From: an uncultured Candidatus Binatia bacterium
Lineage (GTDB): Bacteria; Desulfobacterota; Binatia; UBA9968; JAJDTQ01
Direction: 5' to 3'
NCBI GenBank assembly: GCA_965219905.1
Contig: CBDCOS010000008.1
Span: 640,183 to 704,182, forward strand
DNA: 64,000 bases
The position numbers and the translations under genes are program-made. Position 1 is the stretch's first letter; the number at the start of each line of letters is the position of its first letter. The notes below the pieces were generated by a model. It searched no databases. It was given only the letters and a program-made list of their open reading frames with translations, and had not been told where the DNA came from. Positions 28,636 through 36,489 of the stretch are shown here, in pieces.

Positions 28636-29823
28636 ATGTGGATCAACGAACCGCGGGCCAAGCGGGTGCTGGCCGCGCATGACCTCGACGCCCTGCTGGC
28701 CGCCACCAACATCCCCAACGTCTTCTACCTGAGCGGCGTGTGGCGGAGGCAGGACATCGCCGCCGTGGTCACCCGGGACGCGGTGACCGCGCCGTGGCTG
28801 GTGATTCCCCGGGCCGAGGTGGATTACATGGTGGACACGGTGCCCCCGGCCGGCGTGGTCACCTACGGCACGTTCTTCCGCGTGATGGAGGACAACGGGC
28901 CGCTGACGCCGCGCGAGCAGCGCATCCGCGAGTTGGGCATCGACCTGGAGCCGGTGACCAACTTCTTCGAGGGGCTCGTCCGCACGCTGGAGAACGCGGG
29001 GCTCGACCGGAGCCGGCTCGGCTACGACGAGCGGGGTCTGGACCCGGCGCTGGCCGAGCGGCTTCGGGAACGGTTCCCGCACCTGGAGCTGGTGCCGGCC
29101 ATGGCCGTGTTCCGTGAGATCCGCATGGTCAAGAGCCCGGCGGAGATCGAGCGCATGACCGAGGCCGTGCGGGTCACCGAGCAGTCCATCTACGAAGCCG
29201 CCCACGAGGCGCGCGAGGGCATGACCGAGGCCGAGATGTGCATGGCTTTCGACCTGGGACAGGTGCGGCGCGGCGCCGAGCCCAACATGAACCACGTGGG
29301 CTTCGGCCGGAGCGCCGCCCTGGGCATGACCAACGTGCCGGACGACACGCTCAAGGTCGGCGACATGATCCGTTTCGACGTGGGATGCCTCTACAAGGGC
29401 TACCTCACCGACATGTCGCGGACCTTTTCGTTCGGTCCTCCGGACGACAAATTCTCCAGATATTACAACGCTGTACTCAAAGGCCAAGATCTGGCCCTGA
29501 GCCTCGTCAAGCCGGGCAAGGTCGCCTCCGAGATCTTCCACGAGACCGTGGCCGAAGTACGCGAGACCGGCATCCCCCACTACGGCCGTCAGCACGTCGG
29601 CCACGGCATCGGCCTGGGCCTGGGCGGCTACGACCGGCCCACCATCGCGCCCAGCGACGACACCCCGCTGGAGGCCGACATGGTGCTGTGCATCGAGACC
29701 CCCTACTACGAAATGGGCTGGGGCAGCGTCCAGGTGGAGGACATGATCGTGGTCACCGAGGACGGCTACCGGCGCCTCACCTCCGTGCCGCGCCACCTCC
29801 AGGTGCTGGAGCCCCGTTCGTGA
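28636..29823 (+). CDS. M24 family metallopeptidase (Xaa-Pro aminopeptidase / creatinase-like)
   Basis: Creatinase_N-like N-terminus and a C-terminal pita-bread fold with the metal ligands (HGIGLGLGGYDRP ... VLCIETPYYEM). Start taken at MWINEPRAKRVLAAHDLDALL. Confidence 0.85.
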   Translation: MWINEPRAKRVLAAHDLDALLAATNIPNVFYLSGVWRRQDIAAVVTRDAVTAPWLVIPRAEVDYMVDTVPPAGVVTYGTFFRVMEDNGPLTPREQRIRELGIDLEPVTNFFEGLVRTLENAGLDRSRLGYDERGLDPALAERLRERFPHLELVPAMAVFREIRMVKSPAEIERMTEAVRVTEQSIYEAAHEAREGMTEAEMCMAFDLGQVRRGAEPNMNHVGFGRSAALGMTNVPDDTLKVGDMIRFDVGCLYKGYLTDMSRTFSFGPPDDKFSRYYNAVLKGQDLALSLVKPGKVASEIFHETVAEVRETGIPHYGRQHVGHGIGLGLGGYDRPTIAPSDDTPLEADMVLCIETPYYEMGWGSVQVEDMIVVTEDGYRRLTSVPRHLQVLEPRS

Positions 29824-29844
29824 CCGTGTGCCCCGCCCAACACT

Positions 29845-29876
29845 CCGTCATTCCCGCGCAAGCGGGAATCCAGGGG
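29845..29876. repeat. Single unit of the palindromic interspersed repeat family (ccgtcattcccgcgcaagcgggaatccagggg)
   Basis: Core hairpin TTCCCGCG-caa-GCGGGAA. Same family as 31308.., 32641.., 45285.., 53778.. and 55159... Confidence 0.8.
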
Positions 29877-29894
29877 TGGTGGTGACGTTTTGAC

Positions 29895-31163
29895 ATGAGC
29901 CAACTCATCGGCCTCTCGTGCATCCGCTGCGGCGCGTCCTTCGGCATCGAGCCCCGCTTCGACGGTTGCCCTGAATGCCGGGCGCAGGCACCCGCCAACC
30001 TGACGCCGCGCTACGACCTCGACGCCGTTGCGCGGACCCTCTCCGCCGAGTCACTCGGGGACCGGCCTCCGGACATGCGGCGTTACCGCGAGTTGCTGCC
30101 CCCGGACGTCCAGGACGCCGCCACCCTGGGCGAGGGCGGTACGCCGCTGCTCCACTGCGGGCGCTACGGCCGCCGGCTCGGACTCGAACGTCTCTTCCTC
30201 AAGGACGAGTCACGGAACCCGTCGGGCTCCTTCAAGGACCGGCTCGCGTTCACCGCCCTGGCCATGGCCGGGCGCTTTGGCGCCAAGGCCGTGGGGGTCA
30301 GCTCCACCGGCAACGCCGGCGCCGCGGCCGCGGCCTACGCCGCCCGCGCCGGGCTGCCCTGCATCGTGCTCACCGTCCAGGGCGCGGCCTCCGCCATCGT
30401 CACCCAGATGCAGGCCTACGGCGCCATGGTGGTGGCCACCCGCACCAAGGCCGACCGCTGGAAGCTCCTGCAGACAGGAGTGGCCGAGTGGGGCTGGTAT
30501 CCGACCTCGCCCTACTTCGGCCCGCCCGTGGGCAGCAACCCCTACGGCGTGGACGGCTACAAGACCCTCGCCTACGAGGTGTGCGAACAGATGGAATGGG
30601 AACCGCCCGACTGGTGCGTGCTGCCGGTGGCCTACGGCGACGCGCTCTTCGGCATGTGGAAGGGCTTCGAGGAGTTGGCCGCCTTGGGGTTGATCGCCAG
30701 GAAGCCGCGCATGGTGGCCGCCGAGATGGCCGGCTGCCTCTCGGCCGCCCTCGTCTCCGGTGACGACGCCATCCCCGAGGTCGCGGCGCCTTCCCCCTAC
30801 GTGGCCGGCTCCATCAGCGTGAACCAGAGCACGTACCAGGCGCTGCGCGCCCTGCGCGCTTCCGGCGGCACCGCGCGGGTGGCGCGGAATGACGAGTTGC
30901 TGGGACTGCAACGGGACCTCGCCGCCGACGAAGGCGTCTACGCCGAGCCCTCATCCCTGGCCGCCCTTGCCGCATTGCACCGGCTGTGCGAAGAAGGCCG
31001 CATCGCCCGAAACGACACGGTGATGTTGCTGAACACCGCCAGCGGCCTCAAGGACACCGCCGCCACCGCCGCGGCCGCACCCGAAATCCCCACCGTGGAC
31101 GGCGACACCGCGCGGTTCCGGGAGACATTGAAGGATGCCTACGGCTACCGCGCGGAGACATGA
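29895..31163 (+). CDS. Threonine-synthase-like PLP-dependent enzyme (tryptophan synthase beta superfamily) with an N-terminal zinc-ribbon
   Basis: 422 aa. N-terminal CIRCGASFGIEPRFDGCPEC four-Cys ribbon. PLP lysine context SFKDR and glycine-rich loop GVSSTGNAGAAAAAYA. Confidence 0.75.
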   Translation: MSQLIGLSCIRCGASFGIEPRFDGCPECRAQAPANLTPRYDLDAVARTLSAESLGDRPPDMRRYRELLPPDVQDAATLGEGGTPLLHCGRYGRRLGLERLFLKDESRNPSGSFKDRLAFTALAMAGRFGAKAVGVSSTGNAGAAAAAYAARAGLPCIVLTVQGAASAIVTQMQAYGAMVVATRTKADRWKLLQTGVAEWGWYPTSPYFGPPVGSNPYGVDGYKTLAYEVCEQMEWEPPDWCVLPVAYGDALFGMWKGFEELAALGLIARKPRMVAAEMAGCLSAALVSGDDAIPEVAAPSPYVAGSISVNQSTYQALRALRASGGTARVARNDELLGLQRDLAADEGVYAEPSSLAALAALHRLCEEGRIARNDTVMLLNTASGLKDTAATAAAAPEIPTVDGDTARFRETLKDAYGYRAET

Positions 31164-31307
31164 GACAACCACGAGGACACATTGCCCTCACCGTTGGTAC
31201 GAAATGGCGACAGCCCCCACGCGGTCATTCTCCCACTCTCCGTCATGCTCGCGAAACAGTCTGTGGCAACACCCCGCTCACACAGAACATGGCACAGCCA
31301 CCCCGAA

Positions 31308-31590
31308 CCGTCATTCCCGCAGCTTTTCCGTCATTCCCGCGGAAGCGGGAATCCAGGGGCGGAGAGGGGCCAAACGGGCGTATTCCCCGCCTCACCCCGC
31401 CTGGATTCCCGCTTTCGCGGGAATGACGGAGGGGAGCGGAGGATGACGGCTCGGGGCGTTAGCGACACTTCGTATCCGAGTGGAGTCTTGACACAGCTTC
31501 TTCGCGGGAATGACGGCAAGAGCCGTCGATGCTATCTCCTATCCGAGCGCAGTCTTGGTACAGCCTGGGAAGCGGGAATCCTGGGACGCG
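31308..31590. repeat. Cluster of the palindromic repeat family: a partial unit plus one complete ~100-bp palindromic element (31330-31429), followed by further half-units
   Basis: ccgtcattcccgcggaagcgggaatccaggggcgg ... ccgcctggattcccgctttcgcgggaatgacgg. The arms are reverse complements and each arm has its own TTCCCGCG/CGCGGGAA hairpin. Confidence 0.8.
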
Positions 31591-31612
31591 GAGGAAGGGC
31601 AAGCAACGCATC

Positions 31613-32617
31613 ATGAAATTCAGCATCCAACTCCCCACCTGCACCGAGGGCCTCGTGAACCCGGTGCCGTTCGTGGAACCGGAAGAATTCGTGCGCATGG
31701 CCCAGGAAGCCGAACGGCTGGGCTACGACGCGGTGTGGGGCAACGACCATATCACCCCGGCGGCCTACGCGCGGCAGAAGTGGCCCGAGCCGCCCAACTT
31801 CTACGAGGTGCTGGTGACACTGGCCGCGGTCGGCGCCCGCACCACGCACATCCGGCTGGGCACGGCCGTGCTGGTGCTGCCCCTGCGGGACCCCGTGCTG
31901 CTGGCCAAGCAGGTGAGCACGCTGGACCGGTTCACCAACGGCCGGGTGATCCTGGGCACCGGCATCGGCGCCTACCGCGAGGAGTTCGACGCCCAGTGGC
32001 CGCGACGCAAGGCGGAGCGGCGCGGCGACCTGCTGGATGAGAGCCTGGAGGCGCTGCGGTGCCTCTTCCGGGACACGGACGCCACCTATGAGGGCAGGCA
32101 CATCGCGTTCCGGAACATCGCCATGCGCCCGAAACCGTTGCAGGACCCGCTGCCCATCTTCGTGGGCGGCCACAACGAGGCCATGATCCGGCGCGCTGCC
32201 AAGGTCGGGCAGGGTTGGCTCCCGGGCTGGCGCCCCTTCGACCAGATCGTGGAACGCGTGGCGCTGCTGCGCCGCCTCACAGAGGAGGCAGGCAGGGAAC
32301 CCCGGGCCGTGGAGGCCTGCTCTCAGTTCACCCTCTGCGTCGGCAAGACCGTGGAGGAGGCGCGCGCCCGCTACCGCAAGACCGGCATGGTCCAGCACCG
32401 GGTATCGCTGGCACACACCGGCCGCGACCCGGCCCTGGCCGAGACCCACAACCTCATCGGCAGCCCGGCGAGCATCCTGGAACAGGTGGCGTTCCTGGAC
32501 AAGGCCGGCATCGACCACATCTGCGCCTTGCAGTTTCCTTCGGATACGGGAGAGGAGATGCTGGAACAGATCCAGTGGCTGGCCGAAGAAGTGATGAAGC
32601 CGTTCAACGGCGGATAA
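31613..32617 (+). CDS. LLM-class flavin-dependent oxidoreductase (luciferase-like monooxygenase family)
   Basis: MKFSIQLPTC start; TIM-barrel LLM blocks (GYDAVWGNDH, LGTAVLVLPLRDPVLLAKQVSTLDRFTNGRVILGTGIG). Confidence 0.85.
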   Translation: MKFSIQLPTCTEGLVNPVPFVEPEEFVRMAQEAERLGYDAVWGNDHITPAAYARQKWPEPPNFYEVLVTLAAVGARTTHIRLGTAVLVLPLRDPVLLAKQVSTLDRFTNGRVILGTGIGAYREEFDAQWPRRKAERRGDLLDESLEALRCLFRDTDATYEGRHIAFRNIAMRPKPLQDPLPIFVGGHNEAMIRRAAKVGQGWLPGWRPFDQIVERVALLRRLTEEAGREPRAVEACSQFTLCVGKTVEEARARYRKTGMVQHRVSLAHTGRDPALAETHNLIGSPASILEQVAFLDKAGIDHICALQFPSDTGEEMLEQIQWLAEEVMKPFNGG

Positions 32618-32640
32618 CCACCTGATGAACCTGTCCTTTC

Positions 32641-32712
32641 CCGTCATTCCCGCGGCTTTTCCGTCATTCCGGCAGCTTTTCCGTCATTCCCGCGGAAGCG
32701 GGAATCCAGGGG
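32641..32712. repeat. Palindromic repeat family: three tandem partial units (ccgtcattcccgcggcttttcc x3), the last complete through gaagcgggaatccagggg
   Basis: Direct inspection. Confidence 0.8.
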
Positions 32713-32731
32713 AAGGGAGGGAGGTAGTTTC

Positions 32732-33694
32732 ATGTCACAGCAGAAGACCGCGGTAGGATACCTGCTGCCCACGCGCGAAGTCGTGATGGCGCAGGCGACC
32801 CCCGATTGCAGCCGCATCGTACAACTGGCCGAAAGCGCCGAAACTCTGGGTTTCGACTCCATCTGGGTGGGCGACAGCATCCTGGCCCGGCCGCGCCTGG
32901 AGCCGTTGACCACGCTGGCCGCGGCGGCCTCCCGCACCAGCCGCGTAAAGCTCGGCACCGCGGTGCTGCTGCCGGCCCTGCGCCACCCCGTGGTGCTGGC
33001 CAACGAGATCGCCAACCTCGACCTCCTGTGCGGCGGCCGGCTCATCCTGGGCCTCGGCATCGCTGGCAACAACCAGCTCACCGAGCGCGAGTTCGCCGGC
33101 TGCGGCGTCGATTTCCGGCGCCGCATCGGCCTCTTCGAGGAAGGCGTCGCCCTCATGCGCCGCCTGTGGACCGAGGAGGAGGTGACCTTCCACGGGAACC
33201 ACTTCCAGCTCGACGGCGTGCGCCTCGGGCTCCACCCGGCACAACCTTCCGGCATTCCGCTGTGGCTCGCCGGCAGCGTGGACAACGCGCTCCGTCGGGT
33301 GCTGCGGCTCGGCGACGGCTGGTTCCCGCTGCCCAACTCGCCGGAAAGCTTCGCCCGCAACTGGCAGCGGATCGAATCCCTGGCCCAGGAAATGGGGCAG
33401 GACGCCGCCCGTCTCGCCCGCGCCGTGTACGTCACCGTCAACCTGAACGACGACACCGCCCAGGCCGAGCGCGAGATGCGCGCGTTCATGGAAGGCTATT
33501 ACAAGGTGTCTTACGAGACCATGGTGGCCGTGCAGCCCCCGTGCAACGGCCCGGCCGCCCGATGCATCGAATGGCTCCAGGCCTTCGTCGAAAAGGGCGC
33601 AGAGACCATCGTCGTGCGCTTCGGCAGCCCCGACCAGACCGCCCAGCAGGAACGCTTCGCCGCCGAGGTGCTGCCCGCGCTGCGCGCGGGGTAG
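32732..33694 (+). CDS. LLM-class flavin-dependent oxidoreductase (second paralog)
   Basis: 320 aa. LGFDSIWVGDSILARPRLEPLTTLAAAASRTSRVKLGTAVLLPALRHPVVLANEIANLDLLCGGRLILGLGIAGN. Confidence 0.85.
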   Translation: MSQQKTAVGYLLPTREVVMAQATPDCSRIVQLAESAETLGFDSIWVGDSILARPRLEPLTTLAAAASRTSRVKLGTAVLLPALRHPVVLANEIANLDLLCGGRLILGLGIAGNNQLTEREFAGCGVDFRRRIGLFEEGVALMRRLWTEEEVTFHGNHFQLDGVRLGLHPAQPSGIPLWLAGSVDNALRRVLRLGDGWFPLPNSPESFARNWQRIESLAQEMGQDAARLARAVYVTVNLNDDTAQAEREMRAFMEGYYKVSYETMVAVQPPCNGPAARCIEWLQAFVEKGAETIVVRFGSPDQTAQQERFAAEVLPALRAG

Positions 33695-33781
33695 CCGGCC
33701 GCTGAACCGTCGGTCTCGCGCGGCTTCCTCCGGTGAAACGCCGTGGAGAGCCGGCTAAACCCGGTAAGGGAACACCAACGA

Positions 33782-34825
33782 ATGAGCGAGATTCAATTCG
33801 ACCTGGGCTTCAGCTCGCGGACCGTCGCCTCCTACCCGCTGGACCGGCGCATCGCCATCATCAAGAGCGCGGAGGCCCTCGGGTTCGACCGGCTGTGGCA
33901 TTCCAACGAGAAGTTCGGCCGCGACATGGTGGCCAACATGACCCTCAGCGCCGCCCACACCGAGCGCATCGGCATCGGCGCCGCTGTCACCGACCCCTAC
34001 AGCGTCCATCCCGCGCTGACCGCCGCCGCCATGGCCACGGTGGACGACATCTCCTCCGGCCGCGTCATCGTCGGCATCGGCGCCGGCGGCTCCGGCTTTC
34101 CGGCCATGGGCATCCAGCGGGAACGCCCGGTGGCCGCCATGGCCGACGCCATCACCATCATGCGGGGCATGTGGGCCGGCAAGCCCGCGACGGTGGACGG
34201 CCAGGTGGTGAGCGTGACGAACGGCGTGCTGGGTTTTTCCGCCCGCCCCGATATCCGCATCGTCATCGCCAGCCGCGGCCCGGCGGTCTTCCGCCTGACC
34301 GGACGCATCGCCGACGGCGCCATGATAGCCACCATGGCCACCCCCGAAGGCGTCGGCACCGCCTGGGAATTCGTGCGGGAAGGGGCCCGACTGGCCGGCC
34401 GCGACCCCGAGGAGATCGAGGTCATCTCACGGGTCGACACCTGCGTGGACCGGGACCGGGACAAGGCCCGGGCCGGGGTCAAGCAGATGATCGCCTTCCT
34501 GTTGTGGAGCAGCTACCCCAACCGCGACTTCGTCACCCAGTTGGGCATGGAGGTCCCCGCCGAGCTGGAGGCCATGATCGCCAAGCGGGACTACGAGCTC
34601 ATGTTCGAGGCCGGCCCGCTGGTGCCCGAAGAGTTCGTGGACGCCTTCGCCTGGGCCGGCACCCCCGAGGAGGTCGCCGCCAAGATCACCCGCATCGCCG
34701 AAATGGGCATCCGCCGCTTCGGCACGTGGGTCCTGGCCCCGCCGAGAGGCGGCATCGAGTCGGTGATCCGGCTCATCGCCGAAGAAGTGATGCCGCGGGT
34801 GCGGGTGGGCGCGGGCCGTCCTTGA
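33782..34825 (+). CDS. LLM-class flavin/F420-type oxidoreductase (third paralog)
   Basis: Start taken at MSEIQFDLGF. Blocks LGFDRLWHSNEKFGRD and GRVIVGIGAGGSGF. Confidence 0.85.
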   Translation: MSEIQFDLGFSSRTVASYPLDRRIAIIKSAEALGFDRLWHSNEKFGRDMVANMTLSAAHTERIGIGAAVTDPYSVHPALTAAAMATVDDISSGRVIVGIGAGGSGFPAMGIQRERPVAAMADAITIMRGMWAGKPATVDGQVVSVTNGVLGFSARPDIRIVIASRGPAVFRLTGRIADGAMIATMATPEGVGTAWEFVREGARLAGRDPEEIEVISRVDTCVDRDRDKARAGVKQMIAFLLWSSYPNRDFVTQLGMEVPAELEAMIAKRDYELMFEAGPLVPEEFVDAFAWAGTPEEVAAKITRIAEMGIRRFGTWVLAPPRGGIESVIRLIAEEVMPRVRVGAGRP

Positions 34826-34980
34826 ACCACTGCCCGCACGAGTCTCCGACAACCTGGTTTGATGCGAAGATCTCGCTGCCCTGTTCATCAATCAGGGTAC
34901 GGAGCCTGCTCTTGCAATACTGGAAGTCCTTGTCCGGGTCTCCCGTGAGTAACCGCACGAGCACCGAGGTATCAATCCCG
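34773..34980 (-). pseudogene. Truncated PIN-domain (VapC-like) toxin remnant downstream of the AbrB-type antitoxin; no start codon; only ~70 residues (RYGIDTSVLVRLLTGDPDKDF...) before the stop
   Basis: Translating the minus strand right after the antitoxin stop, in a different frame, gives ...TIRRYGIDTSVLVRLLTGDPDKDFQYCKSRLRTLIDEQGSEIFASNQVV..., a PIN N-terminal signature. There is no ATG/GTG/TTG start, and it is far too short for a functional PIN domain. The track labels this ORF '+', but the sequence shows it is on the minus strand. Confidence 0.4.
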
Positions 34981-35214
34981 TAGCGACGGATTGTAGCGTT
35001 GTTCCCGGAAGGCTTCGGTGTCGAACGGCGGGTGTCCCGGTGGGATCTTGTCGCGCAATGTCCCGAGGCGGGAATAGTCGGTGCGCCTGGGTCGCAGAAT
35101 GAAGCCGCCCGCTGCTTCTTCCAGTTCAAGTTGATCGCCGGGACCGACGCCCAACGCATCCAATACCCGTGCCGGGAACGTGACTTGTCGCTTCGATGTA
35201 ATCTTGACGATCAT
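34972..35214 (-). CDS. AbrB/MazE/SpoVT-family antitoxin (VapB-like)
   Basis: 80 aa. MIVKITSKRQVTFPARVLDALGVGPGDQLELEEAAGGFILRP is the swapped-hairpin AbrB-type antitoxin signature. Confidence 0.75.
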   Translation of the reverse strand: MIVKITSKRQVTFPARVLDALGVGPGDQLELEEAAGGFILRPRRTDYSRLGTLRDKIPPGHPPFDTEAFREQRYNPSLRD

Positions 35215-35293
35215 GACCCTCTCTTTACTGATATCCTGATCTAGTAAGGCGACCGATTCAAGTCGATCTGGGGCATGACTACGGACGGCCTTC

Positions 35294-36343
35294 TCAAAGT
35301 CCCCCGAACGCCGAAAGCACCATCTCGACCAGAATCCGCGGGGGCCGGGTCAGCGGGTCGGTGACGGGGATGCCGAGCTGGTCCTGGTACCGGGCGATGG
35401 CGGCGCTGACATCGGCGTCGGTCATGTCCTCGTGGTTGATGGTGAGGCCGATGACCTTGGTGTCGGAGAAGGTCTGGATGAGATGGATCTCGTCGGCGGG
35501 TTCCGGCATCGGCATGTCTTCGAAGTCGCAACGGTGGGCTCGTGCGGGGGCGTGCTGCAGCACGACGCCGTCGGGGCGGGCGCCCCGGAGGATCAGGGCC
35601 GAGGTCGGGTAGGCCGGGTGGCTGAGAGCGCCTTGCCCTTCGACGATGATCACGTCGGGCTTCTCGGCCTCGAACGCTTCGATGATCGTCCCTTCGAGCT
35701 CGCCGGCGCAGAACTGTGAAGGAACCGCGTCGAGGGCGACCCCGTAGCGGGCGCCCTGGATCAGGCCGGTCTGGCCGGTGCCGATCATGACCGCCTTGAT
35801 GCCGCGGTCATTGAGTGCCCGGGTCAGGACGGTTGCGGTGGTCCGCTTGCCGACGGAGCAATCCGTGCCGAGAACGGTGATGCGCGGACAGGTGACCTCT
35901 GCGATGCGTCCGCTGAAGGTCCGCAGGCCTTCCCTGGGAGGAGGTTTTCGGACATCGAGGATGTTGACGTTTCGCGCGGCGCTTGCCGCCACGAACTCCG
36001 GGTCGTCGGTCAGGAACTCGTGAAGCCCGTTCACGACGTTCATTCCCAGGTCGATGGCCTCGAGCAGAACCCCCCGGTCCCGGTCCGACAACCTGCCGCT
36101 CGCGGGAGCCATCCCGAAGATAAAGTAGTCGGGCGTGGCGCCGGCGCGCGCCAGTGCATCGCCCAGGTCGCGGCAGACGGGAATGCCGTTCGGCGGCCCG
36201 CCGAGCACGGCGCCGGCATCGAGTCCCGCCTTCTCGCTGTCGATGACCGAAAGGATTTCGTAGAGCTCGGAGTGCCTGACGAGGCCGTTGGCGGTCTTCC
36301 CGTCAACGGCGCCGAAGTTCGCTTCGCAGTAGACGATGGCCGT
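35294..36343 (-). CDS. DUF1611 domain protein (COG3367); N-terminal start codon uncertain
   Basis: The in-frame extension upstream of the track ORF reads TAIVYCEANFGAVDGKTANGLVRHSELYEILSVIDSEKAGLDAGAVLGG, the conserved DUF1611 N-terminal block. The frame is closed by TAA ~25 codons further up, with no ATG/GTG/TTG in between. Confidence 0.65.
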   Translation of the reverse strand, partial: TAIVYCEANFGAVDGKTANGLVRHSELYEILSVIDSEKAGLDAGAVLGGPPNGIPVCRDLGDALARAGATPDYFIFGMAPASGRLSDRDRGVLLEAIDLGMNVVNGLHEFLTDDPEFVAASAARNVNILDVRKPPPREGLRTFSGRIAEVTCPRITVLGTDCSVGKRTTATVLTRALNDRGIKAVMIGTGQTGLIQGARYGVALDAVPSQFCAGELEGTIIEAFEAEKPDVIIVEGQGALSHPAYPTSALILRGARPDGVVLQHAPARAHRCDFEDMPMPEPADEIHLIQTFSDTKVIGLTINHEDMTDADVSAAIARYQDQLGIPVTDPLTRPPRILVEMVLSAFGGL

Positions 36344-36489
36344 CGCGCCTTCGGCCGGGGATCGTGCAGCCTTGTGAGCGGTCGGTGCGATAGTGTCCCC
36401 TTTTCTGGAAAGCCCAAATTAGCTTCGGGACGCTCGCCCGAGAGGCCGGATTCGACTCGCCCGTATCGCGTGCCGAACACTCTTGACGA

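Noticed and set aside
31135-31698. ORFs 31135..31446 +, 31182..31616 +, 31331..31519 -, 31459..31698 - in the ThrC-like / LLM intergenic region
   Set aside because: They are entirely composed of the palindromic repeat elements, and their translations such as SFPRKRESRGGE are repeat-derived. They are not genes.
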